A stretch of 64,000 nucleotides of DNA from an uncultured bacterium (GCA_903831805.1 CAIKZD010000009.1:217939-281938), one strand, 5' to 3'; shown: positions 1 to 10,810, counted from the stretch's first letter. The notes: generated by a model from the letters alone, not told the origin. Translations and numbers: made by a program.

Positions 1-703
1 AAGCAATCACGACGGAGAAAAAAATTATATTGGCTACCACCCGTCTTTGGCTTAACAGGTTCAAAAAATAGCTCTGAATGAGGTCCCAAAGAACATAATA
101 GAGTATAAGCGCAATCGCCCCGACCGTCAAGTAGCCGAAAGGCCAAAAGTTTATCGTCCAAATCATTTCCGCCATGGCCAGGGACAGCATAAAACTATAC
201 ACCCAGACGATGCGCTTATCCCCTTCTTTGATGATGGAAAAATACTGGAAGCTGACTAGGAGCGTGACCACCAGATAGACCAACATCAAGACCCAGAGCG
301 GGACAAGAAAATTAAGATACAGACCATAAGAGGCGGTATAGGTGAAAAAAATCGTGGAGACGGTGGCAGCCATATTCATCGCGCGGGCCGTTTGGTCCAA
401 AGAATATTCATTTAAACGATAAGCGCCAAAAAGAGCCAGATAATACATGCCGAAAGTTAGCCAGATAAAAGTCTGCTGCTCATAGGGCACCGTGATGAGA
501 TAGAGGAGAGCCGACGCGGACAGGGTGAAAAACGCCGGCAAAACGGCAAACTTCCATTTTTTGCCGACCGACCGACCTTGATAGATGGAAAAAAGCAACA
601 AGCAAAAGATGATGAGAGCCACATGCGAACGCCACAAAACAATCGTCTCCAAACCAAGAAGAAAAATCAGGCTGTAAAAAAATGGGCGCAGTTTTAAAAA
701 CAC
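1..703 (-). CDS. Polytopic membrane protein (DUF5656-like), 3' end outside the window
   Basis: Manual translation from GTG at 703: MFLKLRPFFYSLIFLLG...AEMIWTINFWPFGYLTVGAIALILYY...; frame stays open to the window edge and is hydrophobic; absent from the ORF track. Confidence 0.65.
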   Translation of the reverse strand, partial: MFLKLRPFFYSLIFLLGLETIVLWRSHVALIIFCLLLFSIYQGRSVGKKWKFAVLPAFFTLSASALLYLITVPYEQQTFIWLTFGMYYLALFGAYRLNEYSLDQTARAMNMAATVSTIFFTYTASYGLYLNFLVPLWVLMLVYLVVTLLVSFQYFSIIKEGDKRIVWVYSFMLSLAMAEMIWTINFWPFGYLTVGAIALILYYVLWDLIQSYFLNLLSQRRVVANIIFFSVVIA

Positions 704-722
704 GCGGGCGAATAATTAACTT

Positions 723-3329
723 CTATTTAAAAACAATCTTCTCTTTTTCGACATCTATCTTAACCTTGTCCCCTTCCTTTATCTTACCCTCTATTATGCG
801 CAATGCCAACTCATCCATAATTTCGTTCTGCATAACGCGCTTCAAGGGTCGCGCGCCATAAGCCGGATCATAGCCGGCGGTGGCCAGATATTTTTTGGCC
901 GCAACAGTCAACATTAGGCGGATGTTTTTTTCATCCAGCCGCTTTTGAATATTTTTCAGTTCAAGCTCGGTAATCATCTGCAACATCTTTTGATTGATCG
1001 GATGAAAAATAATCACTTCATCCAAGCGGTTCAGAAACTCCGGCTTGAAATTTTCCCGCAGAGACACCATAACTTTCTGCCGCATATCTTCTTCCCCGAA
1101 CACTTGATTCTTTTCCTCTTCGAAGCCCAGGGAACTTTTATAAATTATATCCGACCCGACATTGGACGTCATGATGATGACGGTATTTTTGAAATTGATC
1201 CGACGCCCTTTAGCGTCCGTCAAATGGCCTTCGTCCAAAATTTGCAACATAATGTTGAAAATCTGCGGGTGGGCTTTTTCAATTTCATCAAACAGAATAA
1301 CGCTATAGGGTTTGCGCCGCACCATTTCGGTGAGTTGCCCGCCTTCTTCATGCCCGACATATCCCGGGGGCGAACCGATAATCTTGGCCACACTGTGCGA
1401 TTCCATGTATTCACTCATATCCACGCGCACCATGGCGGCTTCGTCGTTGAACAAAAATTCCGCCAAAGCTTTGGCCAGTTCCGTCTTGCCCACCCCGGTT
1501 GGCCCCAAGAACATGAAAGAGCCGATTGGACGCCCGGTCGCCGAAACACCGGCCCGCGATCTGCGCACGGCGTTGGAAATTGACTTGATAGCTTCCTCTT
1601 GTCCGACCACCCGCACGGCTAGTTCCGCCTCCATGGTGGTTAATTTGGCCAGTTCATTTTCCAGCATCTTGACCACCGGCACACCTGTCCAGCGAGAAAC
1701 TACTTTGGCAATGTCCTCTTCGGTCACTTCTTCTTTGAGAATCGGCGTCTTGTTCTGGATCTTATCCAGTTTATTTTTTTCTTCTTTGATTTTCTTTTCC
1801 AACTCAGGCACTTTGCCATACCGGATTTCAGCCACTCTGTCCAATTCCATTTTCCGTTCGGCAATTTCCGCTTCCGACTTCAATTTTTCAATTTCGGCCG
1901 AGTGTTTTCGGATGACCGTTATCAGATCTTTCTCCGCTTTCCACTGCACCATCATTTTTTGCGATTGTTCTTTCACTTCCGCCAATTTCCGGCTGAGTTC
2001 TCGCGCTTTCTTCTTGGAATTCGGATCATTTTCTCGCTCCAGCGCTTTCTTTTCGATTTCCATGCGGCGCGTCAGTCTTTGTACGGCGTCAATTTCCGCC
2101 GGCATGGAATCGATTTCCATGCGGAGAGCTGAAGTGGCTTCATCGATGAGATCCACCGCTTTATCCGGCAAGAAACGATCTGTAATATAACGATCAGACA
2201 GAAGCGCCGCTTCTTGGAGCGCGCCGTCAGTGATTTTCACCCCGTGATGGACTTCATATTTCTCTTTTAAGCCGCGCAAAATGGCAATCGTATCTTCAAT
2301 GGAAGGCTCGCCAATCACAATCGGCTGAAAGCGCCGCTCCAAAGCCGCGTCCTTTTCAATGTATCTTTGATATTCTCTGGTGGTGGTTGCTCCAATCATT
2401 TTGATCCGGCCGCGCGCCAAAGCAGGCTTCAACATATTGGAAGCGTCCAGCGATCCCTCAATCGCCCCTGCCCCGACCAAGGTATGTAATTCGTCGATAA
2501 AAAGAATATATTTCCCACTGGCTCGATCAATTTCATTCATAATGGCTTTCAGCCGTTCTTCAAATTCTCCGCGAAATTTTGTCCCGGCCAAAAGCGACCC
2601 GAGATCCAAGGAAACCAACGACTTATCCTTGAGAGTTTCCGGCACGTCTCCGTCAGCAATCCGTTGCGCTAAACCTTCCACCACGGCTGTTTTTCCAGTC
2701 CCAGCTTCCCCAATAAGCACTGGATTATTTTTCGTGCGCCGCGATAAGACTTGCATCACACGACGGATTTCATTGTCTCGACCGATGACTGGATCAAGTT
2801 TTTTATTCCTGGCCAATTCCGTCAGATTAAGGGTATATTTTTCCATCACTTGAAATTTTCTTTCCGGTTCCGGCGTATCCACCGTTTGTGCGCCGCGGAT
2901 CTGCGACATGACTTTCAAAACACTCTCGTAGGTCAATGATTTTTTTTCCAAATATTCCTTAGCTTTAGTCTTGCTGATGAGCAGCGACATCAAGAGGTGC
3001 TCAGTGGAAATATATTCATCTCCAATTTTCTTCGCTTCCTCTTCGGCATTGCTCAAAACCATGATAAGTTCCGGCGTGATGAAAATCTGCGCCGCATTCC
3101 CCTCGGTTAATTTCGGATATTTTTCGATTTCGCGGATGAGTTCCACTTTGATTTTTTCCAGATCCATTTCCAATTTCTTGAAAATAATCGGCACGGAAGA
3201 ATCCACTTGGGAAAGCAAAGAATACAGCAAATGAAAAACATCCACCTGTTGCTGGTTTTTTATGATAGCCAACTCTTGGGAGTTGCGCAAAGCTTCTTGT
3301 GATTTGGTTGTCAGTTTATTTAAATCCAT
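723..3329 (-). CDS. clpB: ATP-dependent chaperone ClpB
   Basis: Two AAA+ modules ([16 protein letters not shown]), Clp N-domain, long coiled-coil middle domain, GARPLKR. Confidence 0.97.
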   Translation of the reverse strand: MDLNKLTTKSQEALRNSQELAIIKNQQQVDVFHLLYSLLSQVDSSVPIIFKKLEMDLEKIKVELIREIEKYPKLTEGNAAQIFITPELIMVLSNAEEEAKKIGDEYISTEHLLMSLLISKTKAKEYLEKKSLTYESVLKVMSQIRGAQTVDTPEPERKFQVMEKYTLNLTELARNKKLDPVIGRDNEIRRVMQVLSRRTKNNPVLIGEAGTGKTAVVEGLAQRIADGDVPETLKDKSLVSLDLGSLLAGTKFRGEFEERLKAIMNEIDRASGKYILFIDELHTLVGAGAIEGSLDASNMLKPALARGRIKMIGATTTREYQRYIEKDAALERRFQPIVIGEPSIEDTIAILRGLKEKYEVHHGVKITDGALQEAALLSDRYITDRFLPDKAVDLIDEATSALRMEIDSMPAEIDAVQRLTRRMEIEKKALERENDPNSKKKARELSRKLAEVKEQSQKMMVQWKAEKDLITVIRKHSAEIEKLKSEAEIAERKMELDRVAEIRYGKVPELEKKIKEEKNKLDKIQNKTPILKEEVTEEDIAKVVSRWTGVPVVKMLENELAKLTTMEAELAVRVVGQEEAIKSISNAVRRSRAGVSATGRPIGSFMFLGPTGVGKTELAKALAEFLFNDEAAMVRVDMSEYMESHSVAKIIGSPPGYVGHEEGGQLTEMVRRKPYSVILFDEIEKAHPQIFNIMLQILDEGHLTDAKGRRINFKNTVIIMTSNVGSDIIYKSSLGFEEEKNQVFGEEDMRQKVMVSLRENFKPEFLNRLDEVIIFHPINQKMLQMITELELKNIQKRLDEKNIRLMLTVAAKKYLATAGYDPAYGARPLKRVMQNEIMDELALRIIEGKIKEGDKVKIDVEKEKIVFK

Positions 3330-3356
3330 AAAATCCTTTAGTGAGACGACATTTCT

Positions 3357-4691
3357 TTATTGCTTCCTTTCTTCTAGCACCACCGAGACATCCTTTGTTT
3401 CTCCTTTGTGCCAAATTTTAAGCGTGATCGTGTCACCCGCCTTATACTGCGCGATGAGTTCAGTCAAGCCTTGTCCGTTCGCATCGTCAATCTTGTTCCC
3501 GTTCACTTCTAAGATAATATCATTTTCCACTAGACCGGCTTTATCCGCCGGAGAACCAGGCACCACGGCCAGATCTGTAATAGCATTCCCTCTGGCAATC
3601 AAGTCGCCATAACTTTGCGGCAAATTGTTTTGTTTTTGCAAATTTTCGTCCACGGGAATGTAGCGCACCCCTAAAAACGGAGTGGAAATTTTCCCGGTCG
3701 CTTTGACTTGATTGATAATTTTTGCCACCTGATTGGCTGGAATGGCAAAACCGATATTTTGCGCACCACTCGCAATCGCCACATTGATACCAATGACTTT
3801 GCCATCGATATCCAAAAGTGGTCCGCCGGAATTGCCGGGATTAATGGCCGCATCCGTTTGGATTATATTAGTCAGATTTTCCGATTGACCAATTTCCCCG
3901 CCGGCCGTAACGTTTCGTTTGAGGCCGGAAATGATGCCCCGGCTGACCGTATTGGAAAATTGTCCCAAGGAATTACCGATGGCCACCACCGTTTGCCCGA
4001 TTTGGACCGCATTAGAATCTCCAATTTCCAGTGTTGGAAAATTAGTGCCATCGACTTTGATAACCGCGATATCTCCCACCGGATCAATGGCCAAAACTTT
4101 AGCCGGATATTTTTTCCCGTCACTGGTCACGACAGTATAACTAGCGCTAGGATCATCCACCACATGCCGGTTAGTCACAACCATGCCATCAGCGGTGATG
4201 AAAAATCCCGTTCCGCCCCCGATGTCTTGCTTCTGGGTGCCGCCAGCGGAATTGCCACCCCCGCCTCCTCGACTATTCCCGGAGTTGCCGGAACCTTGGC
4301 CGAAGAAATTGAAAGGATCGAAAGAATTCGGGGCCAACGTCGAAACATCCTTGCTGATAACAATGCTTACCACTGAGGGACTGGTTTTTTTGACTACATC
4401 AATGACGGCTGAATCTTCTTGAATTATATTTTGCCGTATCTCCGCCGGAGCGGGTGCTTGTTTTTGCGGGAAGAGTCGACTCAATCTGCCGTTGCCTATT
4501 TTTGCTAAAAGCGCAGAGCCATTCTTAGCCGCCAAAAATCCGAAAAAACCGCCCACAGTCGCCGAAATGAAAAAAGAAACAAGCAAAACCACCGCCACAA
4601 AAAAGACGCGGCTGCGCGAATGGCTTTGCTTCCTTTCATCTTGGATATCAGCAGTTGTTTGATTTTCTATGTTTCCATTTTCCATATGCAT
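3357..4691 (-). CDS. HtrA/DegP-family serine protease with PDZ domain
   Basis: N-terminal TM segment; TNRHVV, DIAVIK and QTDAAINPGNSGGPL motifs; C-terminal PDZ. Confidence 0.93.
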   Translation of the reverse strand: MHMENGNIENQTTADIQDERKQSHSRSRVFFVAVVLLVSFFISATVGGFFGFLAAKNGSALLAKIGNGRLSRLFPQKQAPAPAEIRQNIIQEDSAVIDVVKKTSPSVVSIVISKDVSTLAPNSFDPFNFFGQGSGNSGNSRGGGGGNSAGGTQKQDIGGGTGFFITADGMVVTNRHVVDDPSASYTVVTSDGKKYPAKVLAIDPVGDIAVIKVDGTNFPTLEIGDSNAVQIGQTVVAIGNSLGQFSNTVSRGIISGLKRNVTAGGEIGQSENLTNIIQTDAAINPGNSGGPLLDIDGKVIGINVAIASGAQNIGFAIPANQVAKIINQVKATGKISTPFLGVRYIPVDENLQKQNNLPQSYGDLIARGNAITDLAVVPGSPADKAGLVENDIILEVNGNKIDDANGQGLTELIAQYKAGDTITLKIWHKGETKDVSVVLEERKQ

Positions 4692-4762
4692 TTTACGCCA
4701 TCGGAAAAAATCAAACTAAAATTGTTTTTCCGACACGCTTTTTTTAAGAGTGTGTAAAAAAA

Positions 4763-4942
4763 TTATTCCATCGAAATGGCACTGACCGGGCAGCTATCGA
4801 TGGTCTCTTGGCAATTGCAATCGCCACATTCTTCGGCAATGACATGCGATTTGCCATCTTCTATTTTGAATACGTTCGGACAAAGAGATTCGCAGGTTCC
4901 GCAACCGATACAAAGTTCTTCGTTTACTTTTGGCTTAGCCAT
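4763..4942 (-). CDS. Ferredoxin (59 aa)
   Basis: Manual translation MAKPKVNEELCIGCGTCESLCPNVFKIEDGKSHV...DSCPVSAISME; CxxCxxC...CP motif; missed by the ORF track. Confidence 0.9.
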   Translation of the reverse strand: MAKPKVNEELCIGCGTCESLCPNVFKIEDGKSHVIAEECGDCNCQETIDSCPVSAISME

Positions 4943-4970
4943 AGTTTTGTTTTTTAAAATTATTAATTAA

Positions 4971-6044
4971 CTAAAAAATTACCGATGGGTCATTAGGCGG
5001 ATTATCCTGCATTTTTTTTTCGTAATCTCGCAGATCTGCTGACCTGAATTCCAATGCCTGAGACTGAGCATCCCACTGGAATTCTCTGGAAAAAACTGTC
5101 ACGCGATATTTTTTCTCAGTTTCAGCCAACCAGTCGGAAAATGACTTGGTCTTCACAAAAATCTGGCTGACCTTCACCACATTGACATTATTCTCCGTTT
5201 TTTTATCCTCCACTCTCACAATATGATACCCCAAACCGCTGCGAATTATTTCGCTTTGTTGCCCGGCGTTCAATTTAAAAACGGCCACCGCCACTTCGGG
5301 TAGCATCTGTGGAGCACTGAACCAGCCCAGCGACCCGCCGGAAGCCGCATTTTTACCGTCGGAATATTTCTTAACCGCGTCAGAAAAGCTCATGCCGTCT
5401 TTCAAGCTTTTCTCCGCGGCCGCAATTTTCTCCTTGGCCGCTGAGAAAGAGGGATCATTTTCTTGGATATAGCCGACGATTTTTTCCCGATACAGATCCG
5501 GTTTGACGATATTTTCCTTAAAATCATCCAAGTTCCAACCGTACAATTTGGCCAGATTATTTTTCAACATATCCCCTGTTCCATATTCTTTCAATGTCCG
5601 ATCCACTTCTTGATTGATCATTTCGGGCGTCAGTGTAAGGCCATCTTTCTCCGCCTCAGCTTGGATAACAGCGTCATCGATTAATTTATTGAAAACTTCT
5701 TTGCCTTTTATCTCCAGCCTTTTTTTTCCGTCAACGGTGGAAAAATCGATTCGGAGACCTATCTTGGAAAAATCTTGATTTTCATAAAATCTTTGCACGC
5801 TCGCCAGATTGGCTAACACTTTTTTGTTCGTTATAAAACTACCCCCAACCAATGCGACCGGATACGGCACGATTTCGCTGGTTTTTTGGACGATTCGGCT
5901 TTGATCAATGCGACTAGTGAGTGCTCCCGAAAAATAGAGCAAAAGTCCAATGATGACAATATAGGCCGCCACAAAAATCAACAATCCTGCCAGAACAGTA
6001 CTCCAAGCCACTTTTTTTTCTATTGGTTCTTCTCGTTCATCCAT
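4971..6044 (-). CDS. SurA/PrsA-like parvulin peptidyl-prolyl isomerase
   Basis: TM anchor, SurA-N-like helical region, parvulin motifs GGSLGWF and GYHIVRV. Confidence 0.85.
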   Translation of the reverse strand: MDEREEPIEKKVAWSTVLAGLLIFVAAYIVIIGLLLYFSGALTSRIDQSRIVQKTSEIVPYPVALVGGSFITNKKVLANLASVQRFYENQDFSKIGLRIDFSTVDGKKRLEIKGKEVFNKLIDDAVIQAEAEKDGLTLTPEMINQEVDRTLKEYGTGDMLKNNLAKLYGWNLDDFKENIVKPDLYREKIVGYIQENDPSFSAAKEKIAAAEKSLKDGMSFSDAVKKYSDGKNAASGGSLGWFSAPQMLPEVAVAVFKLNAGQQSEIIRSGLGYHIVRVEDKKTENNVNVVKVSQIFVKTKSFSDWLAETEKKYRVTVFSREFQWDAQSQALEFRSADLRDYEKKMQDNPPNDPSVIF

Positions 6045-6052
6045 AATTTATT

Positions 6053-6466
6053 CTAAAAAACTTGCGGCTTAAAAAAATAACTCAGCCATTTCTCATAATT
6101 AGGTGCTGTCTCGGCTGCGGAAATCGTTTCATTCTTAGCTGATGGCGGAGCGGCACTCGCTGCAGAATTGCGCGGCGCAATGATCACCACGCTTTCTCCG
6201 GGACTTTGCAAATTAAGCTTGTCCTTGGCTTGCACTTCTTGATAGTCCTTGCTCCCCAAATAGGCAATGCGGTCTCCCAGCGCCATATTTTCTTTTTTGA
6301 TATTTTCGGCTTGCTGTTTGAGCGACGCAATGTTGTTTTCTATTTCTTTCTTCTTAGCGTTTTCCTTGGAAATGGAATAACCGAAAAGGCTCAGCACCAC
6401 AAACGCCAGAAACACCACAGCCGCCACTAAAAACGAAGTGGCCGATCCTTTTGCGTATTTGCTCAT
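6053..6466 (-). CDS. Septum formation initiator (FtsB/DivIC-like)
   Basis: TM segment plus coiled coil plus AKDKLNLQSPGESV motif. Confidence 0.75.
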   Translation of the reverse strand: MSKYAKGSATSFLVAAVVFLAFVVLSLFGYSISKENAKKKEIENNIASLKQQAENIKKENMALGDRIAYLGSKDYQEVQAKDKLNLQSPGESVVIIAPRNSAASAAPPSAKNETISAAETAPNYEKWLSYFFKPQVF

Positions 6467-6472
6467 TTTTGT

Positions 6473-6586
6473 TTATTTATAAGCCAACATCGGCGCCAGC
6501 GTGAAAGCCACCATCGACAAAACCGCGATGACCGTTATCACCAACCAAACTCTTGCAAATCGTTTGTGACTTTTTCTTGTTCTCAT
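6473..6586 (-). CDS. Small single-pass membrane protein (37 aa)
   Basis: Manual translation MRTRKSHKRFARVWLVITVIAVLSMVAFTLAPMLAYK; basic N-terminus plus TM; stop lies 7 bp before the next start. Confidence 0.6.
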   Translation of the reverse strand: MRTRKSHKRFARVWLVITVIAVLSMVAFTLAPMLAYK

Positions 6587-6633
6587 ACTGGGTATTTTAG
6601 CAAATTTTTAGAATTTCGCCAAGAAAAGAATTA

Positions 6634-7218
6634 TTACGTATTTTTTGCCTTTCTTATCTTCTCTGCATAATGTGCTTCGGTTTCTTTTTTCAATTCCGGC
6701 CATTTGGCAATCCACTCTGGTCCGTCTCCGGCCGATTGGATTTCTCCTTCTCCTGTTATTTCAATGCGTATGCAAAAACCGGCCTGATTTTTTTCCAGAT
6801 ATAAAAATTGCTTTTGTGCGTCTGGCAGATTAAGCAGCGCTTCATCGGAAAAATTCGGCCAAGAATATTGCCCGTCACGGATCGGCCTGAGTGGCGTGCC
6901 ATTCGGCGCTTGCACGCTCGCCTTGCTGTGAATGTTAAATCTATAAATCCCAGCTGGCCACTCGATTGTGTCCACTGTGAACCAATCGGGAAACTTTTCA
7001 CTTTCAACCAAGTCCACCGCCTCAATGCCTGAAATCCGATGATTTGGTTCTTTTCGGCTTTCCTCTTCCCTAGCGCGTTCTTGCAAGACGCGCTGATCAT
7101 CATTGTCCGCTGGACCGTTCGGACTCAGCCCGATCCACAGCTGCGCTTCGGACAAGCCGAGCAATTCCACGTTGAGCAAGAATAAATTCTGGTCTTGGAT
7201 TTTGATGAAATTTTGCAT
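6634..7218 (-). CDS. Hypothetical protein
   Basis: 194 aa ORF tightly packed with same-strand neighbours; no motif recognised. Confidence 0.6.
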   Translation of the reverse strand: MQNFIKIQDQNLFLLNVELLGLSEAQLWIGLSPNGPADNDDQRVLQERAREEESRKEPNHRISGIEAVDLVESEKFPDWFTVDTIEWPAGIYRFNIHSKASVQAPNGTPLRPIRDGQYSWPNFSDEALLNLPDAQKQFLYLEKNQAGFCIRIEITGEGEIQSAGDGPEWIAKWPELKKETEAHYAEKIRKAKNT

Positions 7219-7224
7219 AAACTT

Positions 7225-7524
7225 TTATACATTGAATCTTTCTTTAATTTTTTTCATCTTCTTCTCAATAGCTGCTTCCACATCTACATCAAAATTAGTA
7301 GCCAATTGTAATAACAAGACTATGCAATCAGAAAAGCCTGATTCCAAAAGCTCTCTATTGACTTCTTCTCGTCCAATCTTGTGATTATATATCTGTGCCG
7401 ACAACTCCCCAAGCTCCTCCAATAGATGTGCCAGAGTCGTATCTGCATCATGCTTTCCCGAATATTGTTTATCAATTTCAGAAATTATATTTTTTGTTTC
7501 TTTTTGCAATTCATTAATTTCCAT
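7225..7524 (-). CDS. MazG-like nucleotide pyrophosphohydrolase
   Basis: HLLEELGEL...FSDCIVLLLQLA all-alpha NTP-PPase pattern. Confidence 0.8.
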   Translation of the reverse strand: MEINELQKETKNIISEIDKQYSGKHDADTTLAHLLEELGELSAQIYNHKIGREEVNRELLESGFSDCIVLLLQLATNFDVDVEAAIEKKMKKIKERFNV

Positions 7525-7560
7525 AATTATTTTTATTAGAATTATAAAATTATCATTCTT

Positions 7561-7635
7561 CTATTTCTTCAGCACCGACAAAAAGGCGGTCGAGGGGATG
7601 TTGACGCGGCCGATGGTTTTCATTTTCTTTTTGCC
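7561..7635 (-). repeat. 75-bp duplicate of the lepA 3' end (partner at 8310-8384)
   Basis: ctatttcttc...ttttgcc matches 8310-8384 with one synonymous mismatch. Confidence 0.95.
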
Positions 7636-7638
7636 ACC

Positions 7639-7983
7639 TTAAATCTTTTCAATGATTTTCAAAATTTGTTTTTTCAATTTAGGAACATCCTTAATGGAAA
7701 TTTTCCAAACCAGCTCCATATCAACGCCGAAATATTCATGGATCAAAATGTCACGCATGCCAGCCATCTTTTTCCAAAAAATCTTCGGGTGCTTCTTGCG
7801 GAAAGAAAGAGGCAAATTTTTCACCGCCTCCCCGATGACCTCCAATCGGCGTAAGGTCGCGTCCTGGATAGTGACATCTTTTGAAAAAGATTTTTCATCC
7901 AAATCAAAAAGATCAATCTCAATTTTATCTATATTATCTAGGATATGTTCCAGAAAAATTTTAGGATCTTTTGGTTTTTTCAT
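7639..7983 (-). CDS. HEPN/DUF86 RNase toxin (HepT-like)
   Basis: RRLEVIGEA and the Rx4H motif in MRDILIHEY. Confidence 0.92.
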   Translation of the reverse strand: MKKPKDPKIFLEHILDNIDKIEIDLFDLDEKSFSKDVTIQDATLRRLEVIGEAVKNLPLSFRKKHPKIFWKKMAGMRDILIHEYFGVDMELVWKISIKDVPKLKKQILKIIEKI

Positions 7984-8260
7984 AGATGACTTTTTGTTCT
8001 TTCAAGATGATGTCTTTGAGACGATGATTTAGGCCATTATAAGTCAAGACGTCCACTTTTCTGCCCAATTCTTCTTCAAGATCCAGTTTGAGTCCTACCA
8101 AGTCGAGCAAGGTTTTACTTTTACCCAATTGTACTAGGATATCCACATCGCTGTTTTCTGTTTCTTCCCCTCTGGAAAAGGAACCGAAAAGAGACGCCTT
8201 GATCACTCCTTGGCGCCTTAAAATGGGAATTATTTGTTTTTTAATGGCTAAATTTTCCAT
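7961..8260 (-). CDS. Minimal nucleotidyltransferase antitoxin (MntA-like)
   Basis: LFGSFSRGE...SDVDILV motif; overlaps the HEPN gene; start chosen at MENLAIKK. Confidence 0.92.
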   Translation of the reverse strand: MENLAIKKQIIPILRRQGVIKASLFGSFSRGEETENSDVDILVQLGKSKTLLDLVGLKLDLEEELGRKVDVLTYNGLNHRLKDIILKEQKVIYEKTKRS

Positions 8261-8309
8261 GATTTTAGTGTAACAATAAATATACAATCCCGCAATCAAT
8301 ATTATTACC

Positions 8310-10139
8310 CTATTTCTTCAACACCGACAAAAAGGCGGTCGAGGGGATGTTGACGCGGCCGATGGTTTTCATTTTCTTTTTGCCTTTTTTCTGTTTTTCC
8401 AAAAGTTTTCTTTTGCGAGTGATGTCGCCGCCATAGAGGCCGCTAGTCACATCTTTTCGGAAAGCTTTGATGGTTTCTCTGGCGATGATTTTGGCCCCGA
8501 TGGTGGCTTGCAGAGCGATTTGGAAATTTTGGCGCGGGATGACGTCTTTTAATTTTTCCACAATCCTTTTCCCTTCGCCGTGAGCGTTTTCACGCGGCAC
8601 GATACGCGAAAAAGCGTCCACTTTTTCATCCGCCACCAAGAAATCCAACTTGATGAGATCATAAGCACGATAATCTTCGATTTCATAATTCATCGAAGCA
8701 TAACCGGAAGAAGCACTTTTCAAATCGTCGTGCAAATTGGTCACCACATCAGTCAAGGGACAGCTGAATTTGATGATCATCCGTTCGGCGTCCAGATATT
8801 CCGTATCGCGATACTCAGCCCGGGTGTTGCCCATCACTTCCATGATAGCCCCCAGATAGGACGAGGGTGAGACAATTTCCAACTTGACGAACGGTTCATA
8901 CACTTCTTCAATGACTGATGGATCAGGAAACTCTGAGGGAGAATAGACTTTGATGCGGCCAGGTTTATCTTTGAGTTTGATTTCATATACCACGCTCGGT
9001 GAAGTGATGGTTGGGCTGATTTCAAATTCACGTTCCAAGCGAGATTGGATGATTTCTAAATGCAAGAGTCCCAAAAAGCCGCAACGAAAGCCGCGCCCCA
9101 AGGCCGTGTTAGATTCCGGTTCAAAAACAAAAGCGGCGTCATTTAATTTGAGCTTGTCTAAGGCGTCACGCATGAAATTGTAGTCATCCCCTTCCACCGG
9201 ATAGAAACTGGCATAGACCATCGGTTGCACTTCTTTGTAGCCTGGCAACGGCTCGACGACCGAGTTTTTAATTTTGAAATTAGTAATTGTGTCGCCCACT
9301 CGACAATGTTCCACGCTTTTTAGGCCCGTGGCAATGTAGCCGATTTCACCGGCGGTCAATTTTTCCGCTTTCACCAGCTGCGGCTTGAAATTGCCTACCT
9401 CAATCACATCACTATCAGTTTGGCCGATCATCATCCTGATTTTTTCGTCCGCCCCAATTTCGCCGTCAAAAATCCGCACATAAGCCAAGACTCCTTTATA
9501 TGTATCATATTTCGAATCAAAAATCAGAGCACGGAGAGGTTTGGCCGGATCACCGATGGGTGCCGGGATGATTTTCACAATTCTTTCCAAAAGTTCGGGA
9601 ACGCCCACGCCGGTCTTGCCGGACACTTCCAAAATTTCTTCTTCGGCGCAGCCCAGGAGATGCATGATTTCTTTTTTGACTTTCGGCGCATTGGCGTTGG
9701 GCAGATCGATTTTGTTCACCACTGGAATGATTTCCAAATTATGTTCCAAGGCTTGATAGAGATTGGCCAAGGTCTGTGCTTGCACACCTTTAGTGGCGTC
9801 CACCAGCAAAACCGCCCCGTCCACCGCCGCCAAAGAGCGCGACACTTCATAGCCAAAGTCCACATGTCCCGGCGTATCTATCAAATTGAGAATGTATTCC
9901 CCCTCCCCTGTATTCAGGGGAGGTGTCCCGTAATCGGGACGGAGGGGTTGATAATTCATGCGCACCGGCTGCATCTTAATAGTAATCCCCCGTTCTCGTT
10001 CCAAGTCCATGGTGTCCAGTAGCTGCTCTTTCATTTTGCGCGCCTCAACAGTGCCGGTCATTTCCAACATGCGGTCCGACAAAGTCGACTTACCATGATC
10101 GATATGCGCGATAATGCAAAAATTCCTGATGTTTTTCAT
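8310..10139 (-). CDS. lepA: Elongation factor 4 (LepA)
   Basis: IRNFCIIAHIDHGKSTL, LIDTPGHVDF, GFRCGFLGLLH and KLLEKQKKGKKKMK. Confidence 0.98.
   Translation of the reverse strand: MKNIRNFCIIAHIDHGKSTLSDRMLEMTGTVEARKMKEQLLDTMDLERERGITIKMQPVRMNYQPLRPDYGTPPLNTGEGEYILNLIDTPGHVDFGYEVSRSLAAVDGAVLLVDATKGVQAQTLANLYQALEHNLEIIPVVNKIDLPNANAPKVKKEIMHLLGCAEEEILEVSGKTGVGVPELLERIVKIIPAPIGDPAKPLRALIFDSKYDTYKGVLAYVRIFDGEIGADEKIRMMIGQTDSDVIEVGNFKPQLVKAEKLTAGEIGYIATGLKSVEHCRVGDTITNFKIKNSVVEPLPGYKEVQPMVYASFYPVEGDDYNFMRDALDKLKLNDAAFVFEPESNTALGRGFRCGFLGLLHLEIIQSRLEREFEISPTITSPSVVYEIKLKDKPGRIKVYSPSEFPDPSVIEEVYEPFVKLEIVSPSSYLGAIMEVMGNTRAEYRDTEYLDAERMIIKFSCPLTDVVTNLHDDLKSASSGYASMNYEIEDYRAYDLIKLDFLVADEKVDAFSRIVPRENAHGEGKRIVEKLKDVIPRQNFQIALQATIGAKIIARETIKAFRKDVTSGLYGGDITRKRKLLEKQKKGKKKMKTIGRVNIPSTAFLSVLKK
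9899..9950. repeat. In-frame palindromic element (CCCTCYCCTG family) in lepA
   Basis: Hairpins CCTCCCCTG-tatt-CAGGGGAGG and GTCCCG-taat-CGGGAC; encodes QPLRPDYGTPPLNTGEG. Confidence 0.9.
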
Positions 10140-10284
10140 AAATAATGACTCTTGTTATTTAGCCTATAAGCCATTCTAGCTTGATTGGACGAAAAAATCA
10201 ATCTATGGTAAGCTCGGAGCAAGAAAAAGAATAGATCTTTACCAAAGCAATTATCAGTTCACATTAAACCAGAGGGGTAAATTC

Positions 10285-10473
10285 ATGACCGGACAACAAC
10301 AAAAAGATAGGAGAAAGGCTCTCGAGGTATTGGATGCTCTGGAAAAAGAAGGTGCAGATGTTACAGCTCTCAGGGAGCTTATTGAAGAAAATGGTAAAGT
10401 AAACTATGGCATCAGTCCAGGACTTATACCATGCACTGCTTTCAATACCATGCTTGAAGATGATGATTACTAA
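10285..10473 (+). CDS. Small hypothetical protein (62 aa)
   Basis: RBS-like GAGGGG upstream; divergent from lepA. Confidence 0.5.
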   Translation: MTGQQQKDRRKALEVLDALEKEGADVTALRELIEENGKVNYGISPGLIPCTAFNTMLEDDDY

Positions 10474-10489
10474 CAAAGAGGAGGTAGCT

Positions 10490-10699
10490 ATGGATACAAG
10501 CACTTTAGTAATTACTGTTATTGTTATTGTTGTTGTTTGGTTTATTGCTGGGTATGCCGCTGCATGGGGAAGTATACCTGGAAAAGAAAACAATATTCAA
10601 TTGAACTGGAAAAATGTTAAACTTCTCGTCGGCGGGCCAATATCACTTACCTGTGTCGTTGTAAGTAGATTACTTGACATACTTCCAACCATTGATTAA
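10490..10699 (+). CDS. Small membrane protein (69 aa)
   Basis: Strong RBS GAGGAGGT before the ATG at 10490; MDTSTLVITVIVIVVVWF TM segment. Confidence 0.6.
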   Translation: MDTSTLVITVIVIVVVWFIAGYAAAWGSIPGKENNIQLNWKNVKLLVGGPISLTCVVVSRLLDILPTID

Positions 10700-10707
10700 C
10701 CCTTCCC

Positions 10708-10750
10708 CCGGTCCCGGCTTGTATAACTCGCCGTGACCGGATTTTTTTTA
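10708..10750 (+). terminator. Probable intrinsic terminator
   Basis: CCGGTC...GACCGG hairpin followed by a T run, between convergent genes. Confidence 0.55.
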
Positions 10751-10810
10751 TTCAAGAAATACATTTCATCCTTAATCCTAAAAACCACAAAAGTCAAATG
10801 TCTACAGTTC

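Noticed and set aside
457-657. 66-aa minus-strand ORF
   Set aside because: It is an alternative frame inside the longer membrane-protein ORF that starts at 703.
945-4422. Long antisense ORFs over clpB and HtrA (and similar ones over lepA, valS and pheS)
   Set aside because: They are shadow frames of well-supported genes and have no recognisable motifs.
4776-4970. 64-aa plus-strand ORF
   Set aside because: It is the antisense shadow of the ferredoxin gene.
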